Assembly (NCBI RefSeq): GCF_009914755.1
Contig: NC_060928.1
Origin: the human T2T-CHM13v2.0 reference genome, Homo sapiens
Strand: one strand, 5' to 3'
Length of the DNA stretch: 64,000 bases
Below, piece after piece: positions 11,801 to 25,700 of this stretch. The notes beneath the pieces were generated by a model. The model made no database searches. It was not told the origin of the DNA and worked only from the letters and a program-made list of their open reading frames with translations. A program made the position numbers and the translations under genes. Each line of letters opens with the position of its first letter. Position 1 is the first letter of the stretch.

Positions 11801-14800
11801 CTTTGAGGCCTATGGTGAAAAAGGAAATATCTTCTCATAAAAACCAGAAACAAGCATTCTCGGAAACTTCTTTTTGATGTGTGTACTCAAGTAACAGAGT
11901 TGAACCTTCCTTTTGACACAGCAGTTTTGAAACAATCTTTTTGTAGAATCTGCAAGTGGATATTTGGATAGCTTTGAGGATTTCGTTGGAAACGGGATAT
12001 CTTCATATAAAATCTAGACAGAAGCATTCTCAGAAACTTCTTTGTGCTGTATGTCCTCAATTAACAGAGTTGAACCATTGCTTGGATACAGCATTTTGGA
12101 AACATTCCTTGAGTAGAATCTGCAAGTTGATATTTAGATAGATTTGAAGATTTCGTTGGAAAAGGGAATATCTCCATATAAAATCTAGAGGGAAGCATTC
12201 TCAGAAACTGCTTTGTGATGTTTCCATTCAAGTCACAGAGTTGAATATTCCCTTTTATAGAGCACGTTTGAAACACTCTTTCTGCACTATCTGGAAGTGG
12301 ACATTTCGAGCGCTTTGAGGCCTATGGTGAAAAAGGAAATATCTTCCCATAAAAACTAGACAGAAGCATTCTCAGAAACTTGTTTGTGATGTGTGTATTC
12401 AACTAACAGAGTTGAACTTTTGTTTTTACAGAGCCGTTTTAAAACACTCTTTTTGTGGAATCAGAAAGTGGATATTCGGATGGCTCTGAGGATTTCGTTG
12501 GAAGCGGGATTACATATAAAATCTAGAGAGAAGCATTCTCAGGAACTTCTTTGTGATGTTTGCATTGAAGTCACAGAATTGAACATTCACTTTGATAGAG
12601 CAGGTTTGAAACACTCATTCTGTAGTATCTGGAAGTGGACATTTCAAGCGCTTTCAGGCCTATGGTGAGAAAGGAAATATCTTCGAATAAAAACTAGACA
12701 GAAGCATCCTCAGAAACTTATTTGTGATGTGTGTCCTCAACTAACAGAGTTGAAACTTTGTTTTGATACAGCATTTTGGAAACACTCTTTTTGTAGAATC
12801 TGCAGGTGGATATTTGGATAGCTTAGAGGGATTCGTTGGAAAGGGGATATCTTCATATAAAATCTAGACAGAAGCATTCTCAGAAACTTATTTGTGATGT
12901 GTGTCCTCAACTAACAGAGTTGAACCTTGGTTTTGATACAGCATTTTGGAAACACTCCTTTTGTAGAATCTGCAGGTGGATATGTGGATAGCTCTGAAGA
13001 TTTCGTTGGAAACGGGAATTTCTTCATATAAAATCAAACAGAAGCATTCTCAGAAACTTCTCAGTGATGTTTGCATTCAGCTCATGGAGTTGAACACTTC
13101 CTTTCATAGAGCCGGTTTGAAACACTCTTTCTGCACTACCTGGAAGAGGACATTTCGAGCGCTTTGAGTCCTATGGTGAAAAAGGAAATATCTTCTCATA
13201 AAAACCAGAAAGAAGCATTCTCAGAAACTTCTTTGTGTTGTGTGTACTCATGTAACAGTGTTGAACCATCCTTTTGACAGAGCAGTTTTGAAACACTCTT
13301 TTTGTAGAATCTGCAAGTGGATATTTGGATAGCTTTGAGGATTTCGTTGGAAACGGGATGACATATAATATCTAGAGAGAAGCATTCTCAGGAACTTCTT
13401 TGTGATGTTTGCATTCAAGTCACAGAATTGAACATTCCCTTTCATAGAGCAGGTTTGAAACACTCTTTCTCTAGTATCTGGAAGTGGGCATTTCAAGTGC
13501 TTTCAGGCCTATGGAGAGAAAGGAAATACCTTCAAATAAAAACTAGACAGAAGCATTCTCAGAAACTTATTTGTGATGTGTGTCCTCAACTAACAGAGTT
13601 GAACCTTTGTTTTGATACAGCATTTTGGAAACACTCCTTTTGTAGAATCTGCAGGTGGATATTTGGATAGCTTTGAAGATTTCGTTGGAAACCGGAATAT
13701 CTTCATATAAAATCAAGACAGAAGCATTCTCGGAAACATCTCTGTGATGTTTGCATTCAACTCAGTAGAGTTGAACACTTCCTTTCATAGAGCAGGTTTG
13801 AAACACTCTTTCTGCACTACCTGGAAGCGGACATTTCGAGCGCTTTGAGGCCTATGGTGAAAAAGGAAATATCTTCTCATAAAAAGCAGAAAGAAGCATT
13901 CTCAGAAACTTCTTTGTGTTGTGTGTACTCAAGTAACAGTGTTGAACCTTCCTTTTGACACAGCAGTTTTGAAACACTCTTTTGGTAGAATCTGCAAGTG
14001 GATATTTGGATAGCTTTGAGGATTTCGTTGGAAACGGGTTATCTTCATATAAAATCCAGACAGGAGCATTCTCAGAAACTTCTTTGTGCTGTATGTCCTC
14101 AATTCACAGAGCTGAACCTTTGTTTGGATACAGCATTTTGGAGACATTCCTTTAGTAGAATCTGCAAGTTGATATTTAGATAGCTTTGAAGATTTCGTTG
14201 GAAACGGGAATATCTTCATAGAAAATCTAGACGGAAGCATTCTCAGAAACTGCTTTGTGATGTTTGCATTCAAGTCACAGAGTTGAATATTCCCTTTTAT
14301 AGAGTAGGTTTGAAACACTCTTTCGGCACTACCTGGAAGTGGATATTTCGAGCTCTTTGAGGCCTATGGTTAAAAGGAAATATCTTCCCATAAAAACTAG
14401 ACAGAAGCCGTCTCAGAAACTTGTTTGTGATGTGTGTATTCAACTACCAGAGTTGAACATTTCTGTTACAGAGCAATTTTAAAACACTCTTTTTGTGGAA
14501 TCTGAAAGTGGATAATTGGATAGCTTTGTGGATTTCGTTGGAAACGGGATGACGTATAAAATCTAGAGAGAAGCATTCTCAGGAACTTCTTTCTGATGTT
14601 TGCATTCAAGTCACAGAATTGAACATTCCTTTTCATAGTGCAGGTTTGAAACACTCTTTCTGTAGTATCTGGAAGTGGACATTTCAAGCGCTTTCAGGCC
14701 TACGGGGAGAAAGGAAATATCTTCAAATAAAAACTAGACAGAAGGATTCTCAGAAACTTATTTGTGATGTGTGTCCTAAACGAACACAGTTGAACCTTTG

Positions 14801-17800
14801 TTTTGATACAGCATTTTGGAAACACTCCTTTTGTAGGATCTGCAGGTGGATATTTGGATAGATTTTAAGATTTCGTTGGAAACGGGAGTTTCTTCATATA
14901 AACTCAAGACAGATGCATTCTCAGAAACTTCTCTGTGATGTTTGCATTCCACTCATAGAGTTGAAAACTTCCTTTCATAGAGCAGGTTTGAAACACTCTT
15001 TTTGTAATATTTGGAAGTGTACATTTGCAGCGCTTTGAGGCCTATGGTGAAAAAGGAAATATCTTCTCATAAAAACCAGAAACAAGCATTCTCAGAAACT
15101 TCTTTTTGATGTGTGTCCTAAACGAACACAGTTGAACCTTTGTTTTGATACAGCATTTTGGAAACACTCCTTTTGTAAGATCGGCAGGTGGATATTTGGA
15201 TAGATTTTAAGATTTCGTTGGAAACGGGAATTTCTTCATAGAAACTCAAGACAGATGCATTCTCCGAAACTTCTCTGTGATGTTTACATTCCACTCATAG
15301 AGTTGAAAACTTCCTTTCATAGAGCAGGTTTGAAACACTCTTTTTGTAATATTTGGAAGTGGACATTTGCAGCGCTTTGAGGCCTATGGTGAAAAAGGAA
15401 ATATCTTCTCATAAAAACCAGAAACAAGCATTCTCGGAAACTTCTTTTTGATGTGTGTCCTCAAGTAACAGAGTTGAACCTTCCTTTTGACACAGCAGTT
15501 TTGAAACAATCTTTTTGTAGAATCTGCAAGTGGATATTTGGATAGCTTTGAGGATTTCGTTGGAAACGGGATATCTTCATATAAAATCTAGACAGAAGCA
15601 TTCTCAGAAACTTCTTTGTGCTGTATGTCCTCAATTAACAGAGTTGAACCATTGCTTGGATACAGCATTTTGGAAACATTCCTTGAGTAGAATCTGCAAG
15701 TTGATATTTAGATAGATTTGAAGATTTCGTTGGAAAAGGGAATATCTCCATATAAAATCTAGAGGGAAGCATTCTCAGAAACTGCTTTGTGATGTTTCCA
15801 TTCAAGTCACAGAGTTGAATATTCCCTTTTATAGAGCACGTTTGAAACACTCTTTCTGCACTATCTGGAAGTGGACATTTCGAGCGCTTTGAGGCCTATG
15901 GTGAAAAAGGAAATATCTTCCCATAAAAACTAGACAGAAGCATTCTCAGAAACTTGTTTGTGATGTGTGTATTCAACTAACAGAGTTGAACTTTTGTTTT
16001 TACAGAGCCGTTTTAAAACACTCTTTTTGTGGAATCAGAAAGTGGATATTCGGATGGCTCTGAGGATTTCGTTGGAAGCGGGATTACATATAAAATCTAG
16101 AGAGAAGCATTCTCAGGAACTTCTTTGTGATGTTTGCATTGAAGTCACAGAATTGAACATTCACTTTGATAGAGCAGGTTTGAAACACTCATTCTGTAGT
16201 ATCTGGAAGTGGACATTTCAAGCGCTTTCAGGCCTATGGTGAGAAAGGAAATATCTTCGAATAAAAACTAGACAGAAGCATCCTCAGAAACTTATTTGTG
16301 ATGTGTGTCCTCAACTAACAGAGTTGAAACTTTGTTTTGATACAGCATTTTGGAAACACTCTTTTTGTAGAATCTGCAGGTGGATATTTGGATAGCTTAG
16401 AGGGATTCGTTGGAAAGGGGATATCTTCATATAAAATCTAGACAGAAGCATTCTCAGAAACTTATTTGTGATGTGTGTCCTCAACTAACAGAGTTGAACC
16501 TTGGTTTTGATACAGCATTTTGGAAACACTCCTTTTGTAGAATCTGCAGGTGGATATGTGGATAGCTCTGAAGATTTCGTTGGAAACGGGAATTTCTTCA
16601 TATAAAATCAAACAGAAGCATTCTCAGAAACTTCTCAGTGATGTTTGCATTCAGCTCATGGAGTTGAACACTTCCTTTCATAGAGCCGGTTTGAAACACT
16701 CTTTCTGCACTACCTGGAAGAGGACATTTCGAGCGCTTTGAGTCCTATGGTGAAAAAGGAAATATCTTCTCATAAAAACCAGAAAGAAGCATTCTCAGAA
16801 ACTTCTTTGTGTTGTGTGTACTCATGTAACAGTGTTGAACCATCCTTTTGACAGAGCAGTTTTGAAACACTCTTTTTGTAGAATCTGCAAGTGGATATTT
16901 GGATAGCTTTGAGGATTTCGTTGGAAACGGGATGACATATAATATCTAGAGAGAAGCATTCTCAGGAACTTCTTTGTGATGTTTGCATTCAAGTCACAGA
17001 ATTGAACATTCCCTTTCATAGAGCAGGTTTGAAACACTCTTTCTCTAGTATCTGGAAGTGGGCATTTCAAGCGCTTTCAGGCCTATGGAGAGAAAGGAAA
17101 TACCTTCAAATAAAAACTAGACAGAAGCATTCTCAGAAACTTATTTGTGATGTGTGTCCTCAACTAACAGAGTTGAACCTTTGTTTTGATACAGCATTTT
17201 GGAAACACTCCTTTTGTAGAATCTGCAGGTGGATATTTGGATAGCTTTGAAGATTTCGTTGGAAACCGGAATATCTTCATATAAAATCAAGACAGAAGCA
17301 TTCTCGGAAACATCTCTGTGATGTTTGCATTCAACTCAGTAGAGTTGAACACTTCCTTTCATAGAGCAGGTTTGAAACACTCTTTCTGCACTACCTGGAA
17401 GCGGACATTTCGAGCGCTTTGAGGCCTATGGTGAAAAAGGAAATATCTTCTCATAAAAACCAGAAAGAAGCATTCTCAGAAACTTCTTTGTGTTGTGTGT
17501 ACTCAAGTAACAGTGTTGAACCTTCCTTTTGACACAGCAGTTTTGAAACACTCTTTTGGTAGAATCTGCAAGTGGATATTTGGATAGCTTTGAGGATTTC
17601 GTTGGAAACGGGTTATCTTCATATAAAATCCAGACAGGAGCATTCTCAGAAACTTCTTTGTGCTGTATGTCCTCAATTCACAGAGCTGAACCTTTGTTTG
17701 GATACAGCATTTTGGAGACATTCCTTTAGTAGAATCTGCAAGTTGATATTTAGATAGCTTTGAAGATTTCGTTGGAAACGGGAATATCTTCATAGAAAAT

Positions 17801-19540
17801 CTAGACGGAAGCATTCTCAGAAACTGCTTTGTGATGTTTGCATTCAAGTCACAGAGTTGAATATTCCCTTTTATAGAGTAGGTTTGAAACACTCTTTCGG
17901 CACTACCTGGAAGTGGATATTTCGAGCTCTTTGAGGCCTATGGTTAAAAGGAAATATCTTCCCATAAAAACTAGACAGAAGCCGTCTCAGAAACTTGTTT
18001 GTGATGTGTGTATTCAACTACCAGAGTTGAACATTTCTGTTACAGAGCAATTTTAAAACACTCTTTTTGTGGAATCTGAAAGTGGATAATTGGATAGCTT
18101 TGTGGATTTCGTTGGAAACGGGATGACGTATAAAATCTAGAGAGAAGCATTCTCAGGAACTTCTTTCTGATGTTTGCATTCAAGTCACAGAATTGAACAT
18201 TCCTTTTCATAGTGCAGGTTTGAAACACTCTTTCTGTAGTATCTGGAAGTGGACATTTCAAGCGCTTTCAGGCCTACGGGGAGAAAGGAAATATCTTCAA
18301 ATAAAAACTAGACAGAAGGATTCTCAGAAACTTATTTGTGATGTGTGTCCTAAACGAACACAGTTGAACCTTTGTTTTGATACAGCATTTTGGAAACACT
18401 CCTTTTGTAGGATCTGCAGGTGGATATTTGGATAGATTTTAAGATTTCGTTGGAAACGGGAGTTTCTTCATATAAACTCAAGACAGATGCATTCTCAGAA
18501 ACTTCTCTGTGATGTTTGCATTCCACTCATAGAGTTGAAAACTTCCTTTCATAGAGCAGGTTTGAAACACTCTTTTTGTAATATTTGGAAGTGTACATTT
18601 GCAGCGCTTTGAGGCCTATGGTGAAAAAGGAAATATCTTCTCATAAAAACCAGAAACAAGCATTCTCAGAAACTTCTTTTTGATGTGTGTCCTAAACGAA
18701 CACAGTTGAACCTTTGTTTTGATACAGCATTTTGGAAACACTCCTTTTGTAAGATCGGCAGGTGGATATTTGGATAGATTTTAAGATTTCGTTGGAAACG
18801 GGAATTTCTTCATAGAAACTCAAGACAGATGCATTCTCCGAAACTTCTCTGTGATGTTTACATTCCACTCATAGAGTTGAAAACTTCCTTTCATAGAGCA
18901 GGTTTGAAACACTCTTTTTGTAATATTTGGAAGTGGACATTTGCAGCGCTTTGAGGCCTATGGTGAAAAAGGAAATATCTTCTCATAAAAACCAGAAACA
19001 AGCATTCTCGGAAACATCTTTTTGATGTGTGTCCTCAAGTAACAGAGTTGAACCTTCCTTTTGACACAGCAGTTTTGAAACAATCTTTTTGTAGAATCTG
19101 CAAGTGGATATTTGGATAGCTTTGAGGATTTCGTTGGAAACGGGATATCTTCATATAAAATCTAGACAGAAGCATTCTCAGAAACTTCTTTGTGCTGTAT
19201 GTCCTCAATTAACAGAGTTGAACCATTGCTTGGATACAGCATTTTGGAAACATTCCTTGAGTAGAATCTGCAAGTTGATATTTAGATAGATTTGAAGATT
19301 TCGTTGGAAAAGGGAATATCTCCATATAAAATCTAGAGGGAAGCATTCTCAGAAACTGCTTTGTGATGTTTCCATTCAAGTCACAGAGTTGAATATTCCC
19401 TTTTATAGAGCACGTTTGAAACACTCTTTCTGCACTATCTGGAAGTGGACATTTCGAGCGCTTTGAGGCCTATGGTGAAAAAGGAAATATCTTCCCATAA
19501 AAACTAGACAGAAGCATTCTCAGAAACTTGTTTGTGATGT
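8819..19540 (+). repeat. Three tandem 21-mer HOR variants (3574 bp each; 342-bp dimer insertion)
   Basis: Spacing 3574 x3. The extra m19/m1 dimer sits at ~11537-11878, ~15111-15452 and ~18685-19026, marked by GTAAGATCGGCAGG. Confidence 0.92.
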
Positions 19541-22500
19541 GTGTATTCAACTAACAGAGTTGAACTTTTGTTTTTACAGAGCCGTTTTAAAACACTCTTT
19601 TTGTGGAATCAGAAAGTGGATATTCGGATGGCTCTGAGGATTTCGTTGGAAGCGGGATTACATATAAAATCTAGAGAGAAGCATTCTCAGGAACTTCTTT
19701 GTGATGTTTGCATTGAAGTCACAGAATTGAACATTCACTTTGATAGAGCAGGTTTGAAACACTCATTCTGTAGTATCTGGAAGTGGACATTTCAAGCGCT
19801 TTCAGGCCTATGGTGAGAAAGGAAATATCTTCGAATAAAAACTAGACAGAAGCATCCTCAGAAACTTATTTGTGATGTGTGTCCTCAACTAACAGAGTTG
19901 AACCTTTGTTTTGATACAGCATTTTGGAAACACTCTTTTTATAGAATCTGCAGGTGGATATTTGGATAGCTTAGAGGGATTCGTTGGAAAGGGGATATCT
20001 TCATATAAAATCTAGACAGAAGCATTCTCAGAAACTTATTTGTGATGTGTGTCCTCAACTAACAGAGTTGAACCTTGGTTTTGATACAGCATTTTGGAAA
20101 CACTCCTTTTGTAGAATCTGCAGGTGGATATGTGGATAGCTCTGAAGATTTCGTTGGAAACGGGAATTTCTTCATATAAAATCAAACAGAAGCATTCTCA
20201 GAAACTTCTCAGTGATGTTTGCATTCAGCTCATGGAGTTGAACACTTCCTTTCATAGAGCCGGTTTGAAACACTCTTTCTGCACTACCTGGAAGAGGACA
20301 TTTCGAGCGCTTTGAGTCCTATGGTGAAAAAGGAAATATCTTCTCATAGAAACCAGAAAGAAGCATTCTCAGAAACTTCTTTGTGTTGTGTGTACTCATG
20401 TAACAGTGTTGAACCATCCTTTTGACAGAGCAGTTTTGAAACACTCTTTTTGTAGAATCTGCAAGTGGATATTTGGATAGCTTTGAGGATTTCGTTGGAA
20501 ACGGGATGACATATAATATCTAGAGAGAAGCATTCTCAGGAACTTCTTTGTGATGTTTGCATTCAAGTCACAGAATTGAACATTCCCTTTCATAGAGCAG
20601 GTTTGAAACACTCTTTCTCTAGTATCTGGAAGTGGGCATTTCAAGCGCTTTCAGGCCTATGGAGAGAAAGGAAATACCTTCAAATAAAAACTAGACAGAA
20701 GCATTCTCAGAAACTTATTTGTGATGTGTGTCCTCAACTAACAGAGTTGAACCTTTGTTTTGATACAGCATTTTGGAAACACTCCTTTTGTAGAATCTGC
20801 AGGTGGATATTTGGATAGCTTTGAAGATTTCGTTGGAAACCGGAATATCTTCATATAAAATCAAGACAGAAGCATTCTCGGAAACATCTCTGTGATGTTT
20901 GCATTCAACTCAGTAGAGTTGAACACTTCCTTTCATAGAGCCCGTTTGAAACACTCTTTCTGCACTACCTGGAAGCGGACATTTCGAGCGCTTTGAGGCC
21001 TATGGTGAAAAAGGAAATATCTTCTCATAAAAACCAGAAAGAAGCATTCTCAGAAACTTCTTTGTGTTGTGTGTACTCAAGTAACAGTGATGAACCTTCC
21101 TTTTGACACAGCAGTTTTGAAACACTCTTTTGGTAGAATCTGCAAGTGGATATTTGGATAGCTTTGAGGATTTCGTTGGAAACGGGTTATCTTCATATAA
21201 AATCCAGACAGGAGCATTCTCAGAAACTTCTTTGTGCTGCATGTCCTCAATTCACAGAGCTGAACCTTTGTTTGGATACAGCATTTTGGAAACATTCCTT
21301 TAGTAGAATCTGCAAGTTGATATTTAGATAGCTTTGAAGATTTCGTTGGAAACGGGAATATCTTCATAGAAAATCTAGACGGAAGCATTCTCAGAAACTG
21401 CTTTGTGATGTTTGCATTCAAGTCACAGAGTTGAATATTCCCTTTTATAGAGTAGGTTTGAAACACTCTTTCGGCACTACCTGGAAGTGGATATTTCGAG
21501 CTCTTTGAGGCCTATGGTTAAAAGGAAATATCTTCCCATAAAAACTAGACAGAAGCCGTCTCAGAAACTTGTTTGTGATGTGTGTATTCAACTAACAGAG
21601 TTGAACATTTCTGTTACAGAGCAATTTTAAAACACTCTTTTTGTGGAATCTGAAAGTGGATAATTGGATAGCTTTGTGGATTTCGTTGGAAACGGGATGA
21701 CGTATAAAATCTAGAGAGAAGCATTCTCAGGAACTTCTTTCTGATGTTTGCATTCAAGTCACAGAATTGAACATTCCTTTTCATAGTGCAGGTTTGAAAC
21801 ACTCTTTCTGTAGTATCTGGAAGTGGACATTTCAAGCGCTTTCAGGCCTACGGGGAGAAAGGAAATATCTTCAAATAAAAACTAGACAGAAGGATTCTCA
21901 GAAACTTATTTGTGATGTGTGTCCTAAACGAACACAGTTGAACCTTTGTTTTGATACAGCATTTTGGAAACACTCCTTTTGTAGGATCTGCAGGTGGATA
22001 TTTGGATAGATTTTAAGATTTCGTTGGAAACGGGAGTTTCTTCATAGAAACTCAAGACAGATGCATTCTCAGAAACATCTCTGTGATGTTTGCATTCCAC
22101 TCATAGAGTTGAAAACTTCCTTTCATAGAGCAGGTTTGAAACACTCTTTTTGTAATATTTGGAAGTGGACATTTGCAGCGCTTTGAGGCCTATGGTGAAA
22201 AAGGAAATATCTTCTCATAAAAACCAGAAACAAGCATTCTCAGAAACTTCTTTTTGATGTGTGTACTCAAGTAACAGAGTTGAACCTTCCTTTTGACACA
22301 GCAGTTTTGAAACAATCTTTTTGTAGAATCTGCAAGTGGATATTTGGATAGCTTTGAGGATTTCGTTGGAAACGGGATATCTTCATATAAAATCTAGACA
22401 GAAGCATTCTCAGAAACTTCTTTGTGCTGTATGTCCTCAATTAACAGAGTTGAACCATTGCTTGGATACAGCATTTTGGAAACATTCCTTGAGTAGAATC

Positions 22501-22772
22501 TGCAAGTTGATATTTAGATAGATTTGAAGATTTCGTTAGAAAAGGGAATATCTCCATAGAAAATCTAGAGGGAAGCATTCTCAGAAACTGCTTTGTGATG
22601 TTTCCATTCAAGTCACAGAGTTGAATATTCCCTTTTATAGAGCACGTTTGAAACACTCTTTCTGCACTATCTGGAAGTGGACATTTCGAGCGCTTTGAGG
22701 CCTATGGTGAAAAAGGAAATATCTTCCCATAAAAACTAGACAGAAGCATTCTCAGAAACTTGTTTGTGATGT
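19541..22772 (+). repeat. Canonical 19-mer HOR (3232 bp)
   Basis: Landmark spacing 3232. Confidence 0.92.
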
Positions 22773-25700
22773 GTGTATTCAACTAACAGGGTTGAACTTT
22801 TGTTTTTACAGAGCCGTTTTAAAACACTCTTTTTGTGGAATCAGAAAGTGGATATTCGGATGGCTCTGAGGATTTCGTTGGAAGCGGGATTACATATAAA
22901 ATCTAGAGAGAAGCATTCTCAGGAACTTCTTTGTGATGTTTGCATTGAAGTCACAGAATTGAACATTCACTTTGATAGAGCAGGTTTGAAACACTCATTC
23001 TGTAGTATCTGGAAGTGGACATTTCAAGCGCTTTCAGGCCTATGGTGAGAAAGGAAATATCTTCGAATAAAAACTAGACAGAAGCATCCTCAGAAACTTA
23101 TTTGTGATGTGTGTCCTCAACTAACAGAGTTGAACCTTTGTTTTGATACAGCATTTTGGAAACACTCTTTTTGTAGAATCTGCAGGTGGATATTTGGATA
23201 GCTTAGAGGGATTCGTTGGAAAGGGGATATCTTCATATAAAATCTAGACAGAAGCATTCTCAGAAACTTATTTGTGATGTGTGTCCTCAACTAACAGAGT
23301 TGAACCTTGGTTTTGATACAGCATTTTGGAAACACTCCTTTTGTAGAATCTGCAGGTGGATATGTGGATAGCTCTGAAGATTTCGTTGGAAACGGGAATT
23401 TCTTCATATAAAATCAAACAGAAGCATTCTCAGAAACTTCTCAGTGATGTTTGCATTCAGCTCATGGAGTTGAACACTTCCTTTCATAGAGCCGGTTTGA
23501 AACACTCTTTCTGCACTACCTGGAAGAGGACATTTCGAGCGCTTTGAGTCCTATGGTGAAAAAGGAAATATCTTCTCATAAAAACCAGAAAGAAGCATTC
23601 TCAGAAACTTCTTTGTGTTGTGTGTACTCATGTAACAGTGTTGAACCATCCTTTTGACAGAGCAGTTTTGAAACACTCTTTTTGTAGAATCTGCAAGTGG
23701 ATATTTGGATAGCTTTGAGGATTTCGCTGGAAACGGGATGACATATAATATCTAGAGAGAAGCATTCTCAGGAACTTCTTTATGATGTTTGCATTCAAGT
23801 CACAGAATTGAACATTCCCTTTCATAGAGCAGTTTTGAAACACTCTTTCTCTAGTATCTGGAAGTGGGCATTTCAAGCGCTTTCAGGCCTATGGAGAGAA
23901 AGGAAATACCTTCAAATAAAAACTAGACAGAAGCATTCTCAGAAACTTATTTGTGATGTGTGTCCTCAACTAACAGAGTTGAACCTTTGTTTTGATACAG
24001 CATTTTGGAAACACTCCTTTTGTAGAATCTGCAGGTGGATATTTGGATAGCTTTGAAGATTTCGTTGGAAACCGGAATATCTTCATATAAAATCAAGACA
24101 GAAGCATTCTCGGAAACATCTCTGTGATGTTTGCATTCAACTCAGTAGAGTTGAACACTTCCTTTCATAGAGCCCGTTTGAAACACTCTTTCTGCACTAC
24201 CTGGAAGCGGACATTTCGAGCGCTTTGAGGCCTATGGTGAAAAAGGAAATATCTTCTCATAAAAACCAGAAAGAAGCATTCTCAGAAACTTCTTTGTGTT
24301 GTGTGTACTCAAGTAACAGTGTTGAACCTTCCTTTTGACACAGCAGTTTTGAAACACTCTTTTGGTAGAATCTGCAAGTGGATATTTGGATAGCTTTGAG
24401 GATTTCGTTGGAAACGGGTTATCTTCATATAAAATCCAGACAGGAGCATTCTCAGAAACTTCTTTGTGCTGCATGTCCTCAATTCACAGAGCTGAACCTT
24501 TGTTTGGATACAGCATTTTGGAGACATTCCTTTAGTAGAATCTGCAAGTTGATATTTAGATAGCTTTGAAGATTTCGTTGGAAACGGGAATATCTTCATA
24601 GAAAATCTAGACGGAAGCATTCTCAGAAACTGCTTTGTGATGTTTGCATTCAAGTCACAGAGTTGAATATTCCCTTTTATAGAGTAGGTTTGAAACACTC
24701 TTTTGGCACTACCTGGAAGTGGATATTTCGAGCTCTTTGAGGCCTATGGTTAAAAGGAAATATCTTCCCATAAAAACTAGACAGAAGCCATCTCAGAAAC
24801 TTGTTTGTGATGTGTGTATTCAACTAACAGAGTTGAACATTTCTGTTACAGAGCAATTTTAAAACACTCTTTTTGTGGAATCTGAAAGTGGATAATTGGA
24901 TAGCTTTGTGGATTTCGTTGGAAACGGGATGACGTATAAAATCTAGAGAGAAGCATTCTCAGGAACTTCTTTCTGATGTTTGCATTCAAGTCACAGAATT
25001 GAACATTCCTTTTCATAGTGCAGGTTTGAAACACTCTTTCTGTAGTATCTGGAAGTGGACATTTCAAGCGCTTTCAGGCCTACGGGGAGAAAGGAAATAT
25101 CTTCAAATAAAAACTAGACAGAAGGATTCTCAGAAACTTATTTGTGATGTGTGTCCTAAACGAACACAGTTGAACCTTTGTTTTGATACAGCATTTTGGA
25201 AACACTCCTTTTGTAGGATCTGCAGGTGGATATTTGGATAGATTTTAAGATTTCGTTGGAAACGGGAGTTTCTTCATAGAAACTCAAGACAGATGCATTC
25301 TCAGAAACATCTCTGTGATGTTTGCATTCCACTCATAGAGTTGAAAACTTCCTTTCATAGAGCAGGTTTGAAACACTCTTTTTGTAATATTTGGAAGTGG
25401 ACATTTGCAGCGCTTTGAGGCCTATGGTGAAAAAGGAAATATCTTCTCATAAAAACCAGAAACAAGCATTCTCAGAAACTTCTTTTTGATGTGTGTACTC
25501 AAGTAACAGAGTTGAACCTTCCTTTTGACACAGCAGTTTTGAAACAATCTTTTTGTAGAATCTGCAAGTGGATATTTGGATAGCTTTGAGGATTTCGTTG
25601 GAAACGGGATATCTTCATATAAAATCTAGACAGAAGCATTCTCAGAAACTTCTTTGTGCTGTATGTCCTCAATTAACAGAGTTGAACCATTGCTTGGATA

